Shown: positions 14,601-48,428 of the stretch, piece after piece
Layout of the letters: every line of letters begins with the position of its first letter
How positions within the stretch are numbered: position 1 is the first letter of the stretch
Origin: the human T2T-CHM13v2.0 reference genome, Homo sapiens
DNA length: 64,000 nucleotides
Reading direction: 5' to 3' (one strand)
Assembly: GCF_009914755.1 (NCBI RefSeq)
Contig: NC_060931.1
Made by a program: the position numbers and the translations under genes
The notes under the pieces: generated by a model
The model's input: only the letters and a program-made list of their open reading frames with translations
What the model was told of the DNA's origin: nothing
Database searches by the model: none

Positions 14601-15448
14601 CTCTCCGGGCCCAGCTCTTCCTCCCGGCTGCGTCTCCAGGCCGGACTCTGGCCCGACTCCAGGTCCCAACAACGTCTTTGGACTCAGCTCCTGCCCAGCT
14701 CCCAGAGGCCCTGGTAGGCCCACAACTTCCCTAAGCCAAGCTCCCCAGGCCCAGCTCAGGCCTCACGGTGGCCTCTCCAGGCTCAGCTCCTGCCCTCCGA
14801 TGGCATCTGCAGGCCCCAAACGGCCTCCGGTCGGTGGGCTTCTCTAGGCCCAGCTTGGGCCTCCCGGTGGCCTCTGCAGGCCCAAATCGTCCCGAAGTCG
14901 GCCTCTCCAGGCCCAGCTCTGGCCTCCCGGCAGCCTCTGCAGGCCCAAGTCGTCCTCAAGTCGGCCTGGAAGTGGGCCTGGAAGAGCAGCAAGTCGGCCT
15001 CCCCGGGCCCAGCTCCGTCCTCTCGGCGGCCTCTCCAGGTGCAAAACTTCCTCGAGTCAGCCTCTCCAGGCCCAGCTCTTCCTGCCTCCCAGTGGCCTCT
15101 TTCGGCCCAGCCCAGTTCATGGCTCTCGGCGGCCTTCCCAGGCCCCGCTTTTGACTTTTGGCAGCCTCTTCAGGCGCAGAACTTGATCTCCAGTCGGCCT
15201 TTGCAGGCCCGGCCTCCTGCCTCTCAAAGGCCTGCACGGGCCCGGCCTTGGCCTTGGCCTCACAGTGGACTCTCCACGCCCAGCTAGCTCTCGCCTCACT
15301 GCGGCCTCCCCCGTCCAAAGCTCCTGCCTTTCGGCCACTTCGGCAGGTCCAGCTACTGCCTGCCAGTGGCCTCTTTAGGCCAAGCTCATTCCTCACAACG
15401 GCCTTTCCAGGCCCCGTTTTTCCCTTCCGGCAGCCTCTTGGCCTCTAA
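11700..15448 (+). repeat. Degenerate GC-rich tandem repeat (core ggcctctccaggcccagctcctgcctc, ~30-35 nt) with higher-order duplications
   Basis: The core motif recurs throughout. Blocks ~13070-13430 and ~15057-15435 are near copies, as are ~13440-13780 and ~14556-14900. Confidence 0.9.
14091..14228 (+). repeat. 49-bp VNTR, ~2.8 copies
   Basis: ccctcccacgcggacagaggtcagcctgagccccttgcctcacaccggc at 14091 and 14140, partial copy at 14189. Confidence 0.95.
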
Positions 15449-15560
15449 TTTGTTTATCTTTTGTGTATAAATCCCAAAATATGGAATTTTGGAATATTTC
15501 CACCATTATATATTTTGGTAGGTAATTTATTTGGAGTGAGTTTCTGCACCATGCCCGAAC

Positions 15561-19445
<3,885 letters not shown>

Positions 19446-19997
19446 AAGTTTTTGTTTTTGTTTTTTTTTTTTTTTGAGATGCAGTTTGGCAGGCTGGAGT
19501 GCAGTGGTGCGATCTCAGCTCACTGAAACCTCCACTTCCTGGGTTCAAGCAATTCTCCGGCCTCAGCCTCCCATGTATATGCACCTTTACTGCTGAATAT
19601 TATATATTTTCTTATGCTTTCATGTGATTGATTAGCATTCTTTTTTTTTTTCTTTTTGAGACAGAGTGTTGCTCTGTCGCCCAGGCTGGAGGGCAGTGGT
19701 GTGATCTCGGCTCACTGCAACCTCTGCTTCATGGTTTAATTGATTCTCCTGCCTCAGCCCCCTGAGTAGTTGGGATTACAGGCACCCGCCACCACACCTG
19801 GTTAATTTTTTGCATTTTTAGAAGGCGTGGGTTTTTGCCATGTTGGCCTGGCTGGACTTGACCTCCTGACCTCAAGTGATCCACCCTCCTTGGCCTTCCA
19901 AAATGCTGGGATTACAGGCATGAGCCACCACACCCAGCTGCTTTCTTTCATTTTTACTTGAAAAACTCCATTAAGCATTTCTTTTAAAGTAGACCTA

Positions 19998-20288
<291 letters not shown>

Positions 20289-21492
20289 TTATTTATTTTT
20301 TAAAGACATAGGTAGCTAGAGTAATACAGAGATGAAAGGGAGAGTATTCACACACGCTTCTTAAAATAGAAATTACTAAATTTTATTTTACTTAAAATAA
20401 AATTTAGCTGTGAGGATTCTCCACAAGGCTGCTCATGACATGGCAGATGGCTTCCCCTTGGGTGGAATGACAGGAGGGCGAGGGCCAAGGTGAGGGTGGT
20501 ACGGAGAGAGAAAAAACTACCAAGATGAAAGCTGCAGTGCCTTTTATAACCTAATCTTGGAAGGGACATATCACTACTTGTGCCTTATCCTTTCAGTCAC
20601 ACAGACCAACCCTGATATGTTATGGATAGGGACTTGGAGACTGCTCCAAAGACCAGGAGGTGACGATCACTGGGGTCCTCTGGGAGACTGGCCACCACAG
20701 TTGCCTTTTCCTTTTCAGGTCACTTACAAGGGTCTTTGTTGCTATGGAGGTGGATGTGGGCATAATCAAAGGGTACATGTTGTACAGGCCTTTATTATAC
20801 AAACCTCTACAATAAAACAATGAATAACACATCACTGCCAAGACAGTTATACAGTGTTAAATTGGAATGGAAAGGAAGGAATCAGAATTTCATGTGATAG
20901 AACACTTAAAAGTCTGCCTGTGCACATGTATGAATATGCATTAGGGAGAAGTAAAAGAGTGACCTGAAAATCTTCCTAAAGTAATATTATCTAGAAAGTT
21001 TGAGAGGTTTAACTGTGGCTAACAAGATTTCCTGAAGATAAAATGTTCCTGGGGCCTTAATAGTTACAAGAACTTTACCAAATCAAGAAAGCAAATATAT
21101 AGGAGTCTAAAAATTATTTAGTTTTGCATATTCATTTCAGAGTACCAATTATGATTTTATTTCTTTTTAATTTTTAAAAGTTTAGAAAAAAAACGAGAAC
21201 CAATTACAATGTTAAAAGGAAACAGGAAGGATAGATTTGGGGCCAATTATATTACCGTTTGGGTTTTTGTTACTATAAAAATGGAAATATTAAAGATTTT
21301 AAAAAATGAGTGGTAATAGAGTACAAATCTGCAAATGATGAATCAGCAATTATATTTTTATACCAAATGGTATGTTTGTGATATTGATATAGTATTAATG
21401 CACTGTGAATTTATTTATTTATTTTGAGATGGAATCTTGCTCTGTCGTGCAGACTGGTGTGCAGTGGTGCGATCTCAGCTCACTGCAACCTC

Positions 21493-21639
21493 TGATATGG
21501 TTTAGCTGTGTCCCCACCCAAATCTCATCTTGAATTCCTATGTGTTGTGGGAGGGACCTGGTGGAAGGTCCATGAATGATGGGGGCAATCAATTCTTTCC
21601 TGTGCTGTTCTTATGATAGTAAATAAGTCTCACAAGATC

Positions 21640-21672
<33 letters not shown>

Positions 21673-24078
21673 CCCGAGACAGAGTCTCACTCTGTCACCC
21701 AGGCTGGTGTGAAGTGGTACAATCTCAGCTCACTGCAGCTTCTGCCTCCCGGGTTCAAGTGATTCTCCTGTCTCAGCCTCCCAAGTAGTTGGGATTACAG
21801 TTGCCTGCCACCATGCCTGGCTAATTTTTGTATTTTTAGTAGAGAGGGGATTTCACCATGTTGGCCAGGCTGGCCTTGAAGTCCTGACTTCAGATAATCT
21901 GCCTGTCTCAGCTTCCCAAAGTGCTGGGATTACAGGCGTGAGCCACTGTGCCCAGCTGAGATCTGATGGTTTTAAAAAGAGGAGCTCCCCTGCATGAGAT
22001 CTCACTTTTTGCCTGCTACCATTTATGTAAGATGTGACTTGCTCCTTCTTGCCTTCCATCATGACTGTGAAGCTTCCCCAGCCATATGGAATTGTAAGTT
22101 CAATTAAACTTCTTTTCTTTGTAAATTACCCAGTCTCGGGTATGTCTTTATCGGCAGCATGAAAACGGACTAATACAGTAAATTGGTACCAGGAGTGGGA
22201 TGTTCTGAAAAGATACCTGAAAATGTGGAAACGACTTTGGAACTGGGTAATAGGCAGAGGTTGGAACAGTTTTGAGGGCTCAGAAAAAGACAGGAAAATG
22301 TGGAAAAGCTTGGAACTTTCTAGAGACTTGTTGAATGGCTTTGCCAAAAATGCTGATAATGATATGGACAATAAGACCCAGGCTGACGTGGTCTCCGATG
22401 GAGCTGAGGAACTTACTGGGAACTGGAGCAAAGGTGACTCTTGTTATGTTTTAGCAAAGCGACTGGCAGCATTTTGCCCCTGCCCTAGAGATGTGTGGAA
22501 CTTTGAACTTGAGAGAGATGATTTAGGGTATCTGGCAGAAGAAATTTCTAAGCAGCAAAGCATTCAAGAGGTGACTTGGGTGCTGTTGAAAGCATTCAGT
22601 TTTAAAAGGAAAACAGAGGATAGAAGTTTGAAAAATTTGCAGCCTGGCAATGCGATAGAAAATTCCATTTTCTGAATAGAAATTCAAGCCAGCTGCAGAA
22701 ATTTGCATAAGGAAGGAGGAGCCAAATGTTAATCCCCAAGACAATGGGGAAAATGTCTCCAGGCCATGTCAGAGGCCTTCACGGCAGTCCCTCCCATCAC
22801 AGGCCCAGAAGCCTAGGAGGAAAAAGTGGTTTCATGGGCTGGGCCCAGGGTCCCCAAGCTATGTGCAGCCTGGGGTTTGGTCCACTGCATCCCAGCTGCC
22901 CCAGCTGTGGCTGAAAGGGGACAATGTAGAGCTCGGGCCCTGGCTTTAGATGGTGCAAGCCCCAAGCCTTGTGGTGTTGAGCTTCCATGTGGTGTTGAGC
23001 CTGCAGGTGCACAGAAGTCAAGAATTGAGGTTTTGGAACCTCCACCTAGATTTCAGAAGATGTATGGAAATGCCTGGATGCCCAGGCAGAAATTTGCTGC
23101 AAGGGTGGGGCTCTCATGGAGAACCTCTGCTAGGGCAGTGCAGAAGGGAAATGTGGGGTCGGATCCCCCACACAGAGTCCCTACTGGGGCACTGTCCTCC
23201 AGACCCAGAATGGTAGATCCACTGACAGCTTGCACTGTGTGCCTGGAAAAGCCACAGACACTCAATGCCAGCCTATGAAAGCAACCAGGAGGGAGACTGT
23301 ACCCTGCAAAGCCACAGGGGCAGAGCTGCTCAAGACCATGGGAACCTACCTCTTGTATCAGCATGACCTGGATGTGAGACATGGAGTCAAAGGAGAACAT
23401 TTTGGAGCTCTAAGATTTGACTGCCCTGCTGGATTTTGGACTTGCATGGGGCCTGTAGCCCCTTTGTTTTGGCCAGTTTCTCCCATTTGGAATGGCTATA
23501 TTTACCCAATGCCTATACCCCCATTGTATCCAGGAAGTAACTAACCTGCTTTTGATTTTACAGGCTCATAGGTGGAAGGGACTTGCCTTGTCTCAGATGA
23601 GACTTTAGACTGTGGACTTTTGAGTTAATGCTGAAATGAGTTAAGACTTTGGGGGACTGTTAGAAAGGCATGATTGGTTTTGAAATGCGAGATCATGAGA
23701 TTTGGGAGGGGCCAGGGGCAGAATGATATGGTTTGGCTGTGTCCCCATCCGAATCTCATCTTGAATTTCTGTGTGTTGTGGGAGGGACAGGTGGGAGGTC
23801 ATTGAATGATGGGGGCAAGTCTTTTCTGTACTGTTCTTGTGATAGTGAATAAGTCTCATGAGATCTGATGGTTTTAAAAAGAGGAGTTTCCCTGCTCAAG
23901 CTCTCTCTCTTTGCCTGCTGCCATCCATGTAAGATGTGACTTGCTCCTCCTTGCCATCTGCCATGATGTGAGGCTTCCCCAGCCACGTGGAACTGTAAGT
24001 CCAATTAAACCTCTTTTCTTTGTAAATTATCCAGTCTTGGGTACGTCTTTATCAGCAGCGTGAAAACAGACTAATGCA
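21493..24078 (+). mobile_element. Full-length THE1 (THE1B-like) MaLR: LTR 21493-22177, internal 22178-23723, LTR 23724-24078
   Basis: Both LTRs start tgatatggttt and end ctaat(a/g)ca; polypurine tract before the 3' LTR; internal gag-like remnant ORF 22223-22675; Alu inside the 5' LTR. Confidence 0.93.
21644..21958 (-). mobile_element. AluS inserted in the THE1 5' LTR
   Basis: T-run tail; TSD agatctgat at 21635-21643 and 21959-21967. Confidence 0.92.
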
Positions 24079-24309
24079 CTCTGCCTCCTGGGGTTCAAGC
24101 AATTCTCATGCCTTAACCTTCCAGGTAGCTGGGACTACAGGTGAGGACTACCACGCCTGGCTAATTTTTGTATTTTTGGTAGAAACAGGGTTTTACCATG
24201 TTGGCCAGGCTGGTCTTGAACTTCTGCCTCAAGTGATCCACCTGCCTCGGCCTCCCAAAGTGCTGGGATTACAGGCATGAGCCACCGCACCTGGCCTGCA
24301 CTGTGAATG

Positions 24310-24832
24310 TATAATCCCAGTGATTAGATATGGATATTAATGTTATTCATTTCCTTTTTACCTTATTTTATGTTTGTTTTTAATAATAATTTTGTAACAT
24401 TTGAAGATATAAATATCCTTAAATACTTTTACAGTCATGTTAAAAATTCTTCGGATTTCAAAAACAATGAAAAAATTGATAATGCATTTGGAAATTGTAG
24501 AAATATGAGAGAGTCCTAATTTTGAAAATGAGGCACTCTGATACAGGTCAGTTGTACAAGGACATGAGTACATTAGTACTTTGATACCTTCATGTTTGGC
24601 AGTTATAGTCAGGTACTTCTTTTATGAATTTAAAATTAGTAATTTATTTTATGACCAACTTCAACTTTTCAGGAGCTGTTATTGTGAAAGTTTTTTTGCT
24701 ACTATGAGTTTTATCCAGTCAGAAACAGGAACCAATTGTAAACAATTACTTCTATTGCTGCAAACAATTTTTAAAAACCTGCCAAATATGCAATGCCTTG
24801 CTATTCAAAAGAAAAAAAATTCATTGGTTTAA
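24310..24832 (+). mobile_element. Probable hAT/Charlie transposase C-terminal fossil
   Basis: LFRSCYCESFFATMSFIQSE.(RNQL) resembles the hAT dimerisation motif F.STYLCE..FS.M..IK...RNRL. Confidence 0.5.
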
Positions 24833-25166
<334 letters not shown>

Positions 25167-26364
25167 TAAAAATTATCTCCTTTATGAGATAACACCTGTG
25201 GAAAGAAAAAAAAAAGAAAACATTATTTCCTTCAAACTAACCTGGTAAAGTTTGGAAATACTATAAATCCTCAATATTTAAAACAGTGTAGTACCAGAGT
25301 GTGAATAGACAGATGAAAGCAATGTAAAATAAATTCTGAAATTGGCCCATTATAGTTAAGACTTTTGATTATGAGAAAGGTGGTATTGTCCTCATGAATC
25401 TCAATGAGGCTTAAACTGACCAGCCTATTTAATAGCACAGCCTTCCACCACATCCATCCCCAACATTCCTGGTCCCCCTCATCCTGTTCTTCTTTTCTTT
25501 CTATAGCACTGACCACCTCCTAACACACTATGCGATTATTTATTGTGTTTTTTTAATTGTTGGAATCCCCTCGCATAAACGTAGCCTTTTTATTTTGTTC
25601 ACTGATCTATCCCAAGCATCTAGGAAAGTGCCTACCATATATAGTAGATACTTGATAAACATTTGTTAAATGAATGAATCTCAAATCAGTGGTGAAAGAT
25701 GTAACATCCTATACAATAAGTGACACTGGACAATTGATAGCCATCTGGGGAAATACAGACAACCACATTGGTTCTAGACTTTACATCACACACCAGGAAA
25801 AAATCTAGATGGATTAAAGGCTTAAATAGAAAGATAACAACCGTAAAAGTCATTCAGGAAACCATGGGGAAATGATTGTATAACCTTGGAATGGGGAAAC
25901 TTTGTCAAAATATCATACAAAAATCCAAAAGCCATAAATGAAAATATTGATAAATTTAACTACCAAAAGAAATTCCACAAGGCAACAACACAGTAAACAT
26001 ATTCAAAGACAAATAAAAAACTAGGAAAAAATCACAACTCAGTCTTTGCAATATAAAAAGATTGCCTATAAAATAGATAAGAAAAAGACTAATAGCCTAA
26101 TAGAAAAATTGGCAAATGTTATGAATTAAAAATTCATAGAATAAAAACCAATGAGATAAATGAAGAGATGCCCAATTAAAATTACATTGAGATATCATTT
26201 TAAAAACTTTCAGCCTGATAAGTTCAAAAGCTTTATGACATACTGAGATGGTGGATTTATGAGAAGCACAAACTCTCAAACATTGTTGGTGGAAATTTAA
26301 ATTTGTATACTTGTTATGAAGTTCATCACAGTAGTATCCATCAGCATATACACTCTTCTTTTAA

Positions 26365-26490
<126 letters not shown>

Positions 26491-26953
26491 TGAGAAGCTG
26501 GGACCAAAGGCATGCACCACCATGCCTAACTAATTTTTTGTATTTTTTATAGAGATGGAGTTTCACTGTGTTGCCCAGGCTGGTCTCAAACTCCTGGACT
26601 CAAGCAATCTCACCTCAGTCTCCCAAAGTGCTGGGATTATAGGCGTGAACCACCACACCCAACTCATATACATCCTTTCACACAGCAATTCTACTTTCAA
26701 GAATTTTTTCTTGTTACCAGACAGGATTAGCTAGGTTAAGTTGAGGTAATAAACAATCTCAAAACATCAATGGCTTAAAATTACAAAGGGCTTTTAAAAA
26801 TGTCTCACTAGTGCCATGGAAAGACTATCCTTAAAAAAGTATCTCAAAAATATGTTTAAGAGAAAAGAGCAAGTTGAAAAAAAAATAGTGCCATTAGTCG
26901 TTACGTCAGTGTACATCTAAGCTGCCATCTGGTGGTGGTTTTCTTCCTCCTGA

Positions 26954-27312
<359 letters not shown>

Positions 27313-29359
27313 TGAGCCACCGCACCCAGCTGAAAAATTCTTTAGTTCCCCTCAAATTTTTTTTTTTTTTTTTTAGAGATGGGAATCTCAACATGGTGCC
27401 CAGGCCAGGTGGGACTTGAACTTCTGGACTCAAGCAATCCTCCCACGTCAGCTTCCCAAGTAGCTGGAACTATAGGGATGCACCATGAACTACTAATTTA
27501 AAATAAACTTTCTCCTTTATTAGTATTTTTTAGTAGAGACGGGGTTTCACCATATTGGCCAGGGTGGTCTTGAACTCCTAGCCTCAAGTGATCCATCTGC
27601 GTCAGCCTCCCAAAGTGCTGGGATTACAGGTGTGAGCCACCACACCCAGACATTCATCTTTATTTTTAAAGGACATTTTTACTGAACATAAAATTCTCTG
27701 AGTTGGCAGTTTTTTCTTTCAGCAATCTTAAGATGTTTATGCCTTCTGGCTTCAACAGTTGGAGCAAGAAGATTGCTGTAATTCTTATCTTGGTTCCTCT
27801 GGATATTTTTAAGGTTTTCTTTCTATCAGCAATTTGATTACGATGTGCCTCATAAGGATTTATTTGTGTTTATCCTGCTTGGGGTTTATTGAGCTTTGTG
27901 GACTTGTACATTTATAGTTGTCACTACAGTTGGAAATTTTTAAGCCATTATTTCTTTAAATACGTTTCTATCTCAAGAAGTACAGTTATCTCCAAATGAG
28001 CGTCATCTACATGTCCACAACTCTGATCAGACCACTCTTAGAGCCAGTAATGATTATTTTAATACCTACCATACTTTGTGTATATTTACTCCTCAGTAAA
28101 TATTTGTAGAGCTGCACATAGGGAATTTCTTTAACACCTTTAAAGTTTATTTATTTAAATAAGAAATACATGCCCATGGTAAATATTTCAAATAGTACAA
28201 AAATATTTCAAATAGTACAAAAAAGGAGGTATTCTGTGAAAAGTAAGTCTTTGTTTCACCAAAGATACCAATCCCTGCCCCCTCCCCGTCCTAAGGCCAT
28301 CACTGTTAGCATTTCCTTTTTTCTCCTCCCAAAATTGTCTGTGCATGTTCAAGTATATATGGATATATATCCTTGTGCTAGCATACTATATACACTGTTC
28401 TGCATCTTTTTAAAGTTTAATAATCTTGGCGATCATTCTATATCAGTACATATAAAGTGGGCTTTTTATGAATGGCCTAACATTACATCATACAGATGTA
28501 TCATAATTTAATTAAGTGGTGCCCTGTTGGTGGATATTCAAGTCGTCTGGTCTTTTGCTATTGCAAATAATGTTGCAGTAAAGTAAAATGTAAAATAAAA
28601 GTAAATGTCTTACTTACTTAAAAACCTACTTTAAAAGTAAATGATGGACTTTAGGAGGTTAAGAATTAAAAATTAATAAACATATAAATAAATGAGGTAC
28701 TCTAGCACTTGGGGTCATGCTGATGTTCTTGTCATCTAAATTTTTGGTTTATATGCTGCAAACATTGTCAAAGAAATTTCCTATTTCTTTTACAAGGAAA
28801 AGAGAAAAACATGTCAAGAATAGGGAGTACTATTATAAGAAAGCAAAAGTAACAACTTTGAAGGTTTGAATTTCTGGTGTTATAAACTTTGTATGCTAAA
28901 AAGATAAATGTTAGTTTCCACTTCTAATGATCAAGTCTTAGGAAGATATAAGCCAATAAGATATAAGCTGCTTCTGATGGTACAGCTTCAGGGAAACACC
29001 AGTGAGAAGCACGTGTCTCCCCTGATGAGAAGAGAAGTGCTAGGAGATTGAGCCTCAGTCACAGGCAGATGTGTGTCTTGACAGCCACGGTGTGTGTCTT
29101 GAGAGTTTAAAAGACGTGAAAGAATGATTTGACCCATTGGCTTGCTCGCTGAATAAGCACCAAGGCAAGAGAGCCTGGTAGTTGTCCTGCATAGTCTAGG
29201 AAGGACATTCTGAGAAGGATAACTAATACTTCATCCCTCTTCAACTTGATGCAACCTGAAGAGCAAGTCCTTGGGTGAAAGTTTCTTGTCCGGTACCAAA
29301 GATAGGAGATAGCAGGTAAAGGGAACAAGTTGGTACCATGGCAATGGTGTCCCAGTAAA

Positions 29360-30433
<1,074 letters not shown>

Positions 30434-31175
30434 TAGCCCTTTTTCTCTTTTTAAATATACAATTTTAGGATCCCTTTTTTTTTTTTTTTGAGATGGGAGT
30501 CTCATTCTGTCACCCAAGCTGGAGCGCAGTGGCACAATCTCTGCTCACTGCAACCTCTGCCTTCTGGACTCAAGTGATCCTCCCACCTCAGCCTCCCAAA
30601 TAGCTGGGACCACAGGGCGTGCCACCACACCCGGGTAATTTTTGTATTTTTTGTAGAGACAAGGTTTTACCATGTTGCCCAGGCTGATCTTGAACTCCTA
30701 AGTTCAAACAATCCACCCACCTTGGCCTCCTAAAGTGCTGGGATTACAGGCGTGAGCCACTGCACCTGGCCTTATAATACTCTTTATTGTAAATTTCATA
30801 TGACCAGTTGATTCTTACCAAAAGCTTTTGTTGATTTTTGTCAAACGCTGATATTTCTAGCCAACCTATGATTGCAACTGACAAGCAAGTATAGTTCTGA
30901 CATGAATATTGGTTGATATTTTGATTTACATTAATGAGCAAGGCAAAAGTGAAATAACAAAGTTGTGTATTGGAGCTTTACTCATTTGTCAATGACGTGG
31001 GCAACTTCTTCGCTAAATTAGGTAAGTCTTCAAATACTGGAAGGCTATTTTCTCAGATTTTTCTATGCCCAAAATATAATAGCTACAGACACATCTTTAA
31101 GTTTAATCTGCATAATTAACATTTTCTCTATCACTTTAGTTTAGACAATCAACAGAACAATAAATCAAACCCTGA

Positions 31176-31454
<279 letters not shown>

Positions 31455-31582
31455 TGAGACGGGGTTTCACCCGTTGACCAGGCTAGTCTCGAACTCCTGA
31501 CCTCAGGCGATCCACCCACCTCGGCCTCCCAAAGTGCTGGGATTACAGTCATGAGCCACCAAGCCCAGCCAAGTTTATATCA

Positions 31583-31900
<318 letters not shown>

Positions 31901-32457
31901 TTAATAATTGCTGTGTTTAACAACTGGTTTGTAGCATTCCTGAAAATGTAACAACCAGCTCTCGTGACCTGTTTTGGTCTGGCTCCAGCATACAACTGTG
32001 CCACTGCCTTCTCCTTTGCCCACTGTTTCCAAATAAATAAGCTTCTCAGTTTAGTTAACAGGTGTCCATTTCTTTAAAAAAAAAAAAAAATCTCCTTTTC
32101 TCCCATGAGATGGGGTAGGGAAGATGAACTCCCTTTTTCCTATCCTTAGACTTCCCTGGGCAGGTGAACAAGTCCCATGGAAGTTTGGTGAGGGGCTTCA
32201 CTGGGAGGCAAGAGGATTAAAGCCTGTATGTTCCCGAGAGCCTTCCTTGCATCTGGCCAGCTCACTGCTGCCTTGGCATAACTTTGGGAGGGTCATTTTT
32301 TCCATTTGGGGTAAGGCTGAATGTTTACAAAGTGGAATAGGCTGCATTACTGCTGTTTTGTAGTTGGTGGAAAGAAGGAGAAAAGAGCCTGGCACATCCT
32401 CTGTCCTTCCTCTTCTTTTTTTTTTCCCTTTTCTGTTGTCACCATCACATTCCTTGA

Positions 32458-44331
<11,874 letters not shown>

Positions 44332-45139
44332 TCTGCTCAGTTGAAACCACACAATAGCCAAGCAAAGCCAAGAAAGCCAGTCCAAGGCTGGCTTGGAAAG
44401 GGCCTCTGAGGAGAAATCAACTTTCAAAGGGGCAGGGGGAAATAGAGGTTGAGCTACTGCAAGCCCAAAATAAAAGAAATCCTGAGAAGGATGGTAACCA
44501 GCTGGAAGATTCCTTTGTGTTGCTCCACTATATCAAGCAAGAAATTGAGTCTTTGGCTGGGCGCGGTGGCTCTTGCCTGTAATCCCAGCACTTTGGGAGG
44601 CTAAGGTGTGCAGATCACTTGAGGTCAGGACTTCGAGACCAGCCTGGCCAACATGGCAAAGCCCTGTCTCTACCCAAAATACAAAAATTAGCTGGATGTG
44701 GTGGTGCACACCTGTAGTCCCAGCTACTCAGGAGGTTGAGGCAGGAGAATTGCTTGAACCAGGAGGCAGAGCTTGCAGTGAGCTGGGATCATGCCACTGT
44801 GCTCCAGCCTGGGTGACAGAGCCAGACTCCATCTCAAAAAAAAAAAAAAAAAAAGAATAAATTAGGTCTCCATTGCCCTGTGTTAGTGTAAAGCTATGAA
44901 GGCTCCCCTGGCTCATACAACATTTCATTGCTAATGAAAACATGGTGAGGAAGATATTGACTGCCCATCACCAGAAATTCTGATTAATTTGACTGTTTCT
45001 TACCCAGAACCTAATGAAAGTGAACTGGAAGACATGGCATCTTTGAGTATTGGGAATGGGGCAGGAGCTTTGGCCAACCTTTATACACATAGGGAATACT
45101 TACAAGGAAAATACCATGACTCCTTTTTTTTTTTTTTGA

Positions 45140-45438
<299 letters not shown>

Positions 45439-46211
45439 TAATAAGTATTTGTCAGGCTCCTGCTAGGTGCTAGACACTGCGTTTGACGCTAAGTATATTG
45501 GAGAGAACAAGACAGAGGGACAAGTTACCTGCCTTGAGGGAGGGTCTGGGAGAGATGCCAAGTCCTATTTTGGAGACATAGTGAAGCCATTAATGTTGAC
45601 CTGATGTCTGAGCCACCCAGTCTGCAAATGAAAGCTGGAGGCCCTGCTTTCCAGCATGTGTGGTTCACATCCTATGTGGTGCAGAAAGAAAGAACATGGT
45701 TGCCCTCCTCTTGTGCATGCTCAGTTGGGCTGAGCAGTCAAATCTGGCTGAATTGAGTCAGAAAAGACATCTGAGTTAAGAGGATGCCTGATGCTTGTTG
45801 GTTTTGTCTTGCCTCCAGTAAAATTAAAAACAAGTTTCCTTTCAGTATGTTACAATCAAATAAGCTGAGCATTGTTGGTGCTGGTGAGGGACATCTAGAA
45901 GCTGAACTTAGAAAAGACTAATGTGCAGGGTGATTGTACTTCCAAATGCATGCCTGTTGTCCTGGTATCATTATTAATACATACCCATTTCACTCTGAGA
46001 AGTGTCCCTCAGTGAATCACAAATCATGTGGCCATCCTATCTATATGGCATACTTATAAACATTGAAAGGCTTGTCATCCCCACTTCTTTGTCTTGGTTT
46101 AAGCCTTCATCAGCCCTCACCTAGACTATTGTATTAATAGTAACCCCAGGCCAGGCATGGTGGCTCAGGCCTGTAATCCCAGCACTTTGGGAGGCTGAGG
46201 CGGGCAGATCA

Positions 46212-46532
<321 letters not shown>

Positions 46533-46772
46533 CTATGCTGACTTTACAAAGATCACATAAACCACACCACAAGCCATTGAGAAGTAGATCTTATTATTAC
46601 ATTTTATAAATGATAAACCGGAGCCACAGAGAGGTTCAAGAACTTGCTTAAGGTCACACAGGTAGTAAGTAGCAGAGCCAGGACTTGAAGCCAGTCTGTC
46701 TAACTCCAAAATCCAAATTACTCTTGATGCCTCTCCAATGTCTTCCCAACTCATTCCCTTTTCATACCTCTA

Positions 46773-47319
<547 letters not shown>

Positions 47320-48203
47320 TTACTTTCTCCACATATTGCCCTCATGACACTTATCCTTATTGATGGATTTCTTCAATGCTACTATTGTGCCTTACATGTG
47401 CCTTGTATTATAGCATTTTTATAGCATTTCTCACCCAATTGTGGCTATTTGTTTACATGTCTGTCTCCTTGGTGGAACTGTGAACTCTGTCATAACAGAT
47501 GCCATTTTATGTCAGTTAGACTTCTTTGGTTGCCAGTAAGAGAAGCTGACTCTAATCTAAACCAAAAGGAATTCATTGGACGGATGTGGGTTGGCTCACA
47601 AAATCAAAGGGACAACTGCGGAGCCGATCTTGGAATGATGCTCTGACACCAGAACAGCTCTGTGAATTCAGATAGGGGTAGTGAATTGACCATTTCATCA
47701 AATGCTGCAGCAAGCTAGGTGGTTTCCCCAAAGGAAATTGAGGAGTGTTACAAGAAGACCATTAGGGGAACGGTTATCTGGTGGCTGATAATAACAAATT
47801 TCCATGGCAGTCTCTTTGCTCTCTGTTGGAAGAGGTACTCCACCATGGGCCTTGAGCATCTCTACACATCCTTGCTAAGCGTGTCAAATTTCAAGTCCTA
47901 ACTGTCCTCTGTCTCTGGAGGAGGAGACAGGTTTGGTTACTGTTTGTTGTAAAAATTACTGAGCCCTTCACCATGGGTGCCTCAGCTGTATGCAAAGCCC
48001 CTTGTATTGCTGGGGGACAGAGCAACTGGTACTGCCATGCTGGTGCTCTGGCTGTTTGCTGTTGGCAATAAACTATTCTGTTTTGGTTCATTGAATCTCT
48101 GTCTACTTTGGGCACCTATGTGATCATGGTAAATCAACCTGCTTGCTTGCCTAGTCATTTTTTTAGAGTATTGTTACGCCTTGACATCCTCTATGAGACC
48201 TAG

Positions 48204-48428
<225 letters not shown>

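Larger units (their letters stand above)
21411..24296 (-). mobile_element. Alu split by the THE1 insertion (21411-21492 plus 24079-24296)
   Basis: The two halves join into a continuous Alu; TSD tgcactgtgaat at 21399-21410 and 24297-24308. Confidence 0.9.

Noticed and set aside
12954-15448. Many overlapping long ORFs on both strands
   Set aside because: Expected from a stop-poor GC-rich repeat; no homology or splice support seen, unlike the 11615/11711 frame.
22223-23544. THE1 internal ORFs as a domesticated gene
   Set aside because: Typical fragmented MaLR internal sequence; nothing indicates unusual preservation.
21560-24000. DUX4 site and PRDM9 hotspot motif in the THE1 LTRs
   Set aside because: The TAATTGAATCA position reads tccatgaatga and tcattgaatga, and the CCTCCCT core reads cttcccc, so neither motif is intact.
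30788-30812. Possible upstream continuation of the EMG1 fragment
   Set aside because: Only a short gapped resemblance; not supportable without alignment.
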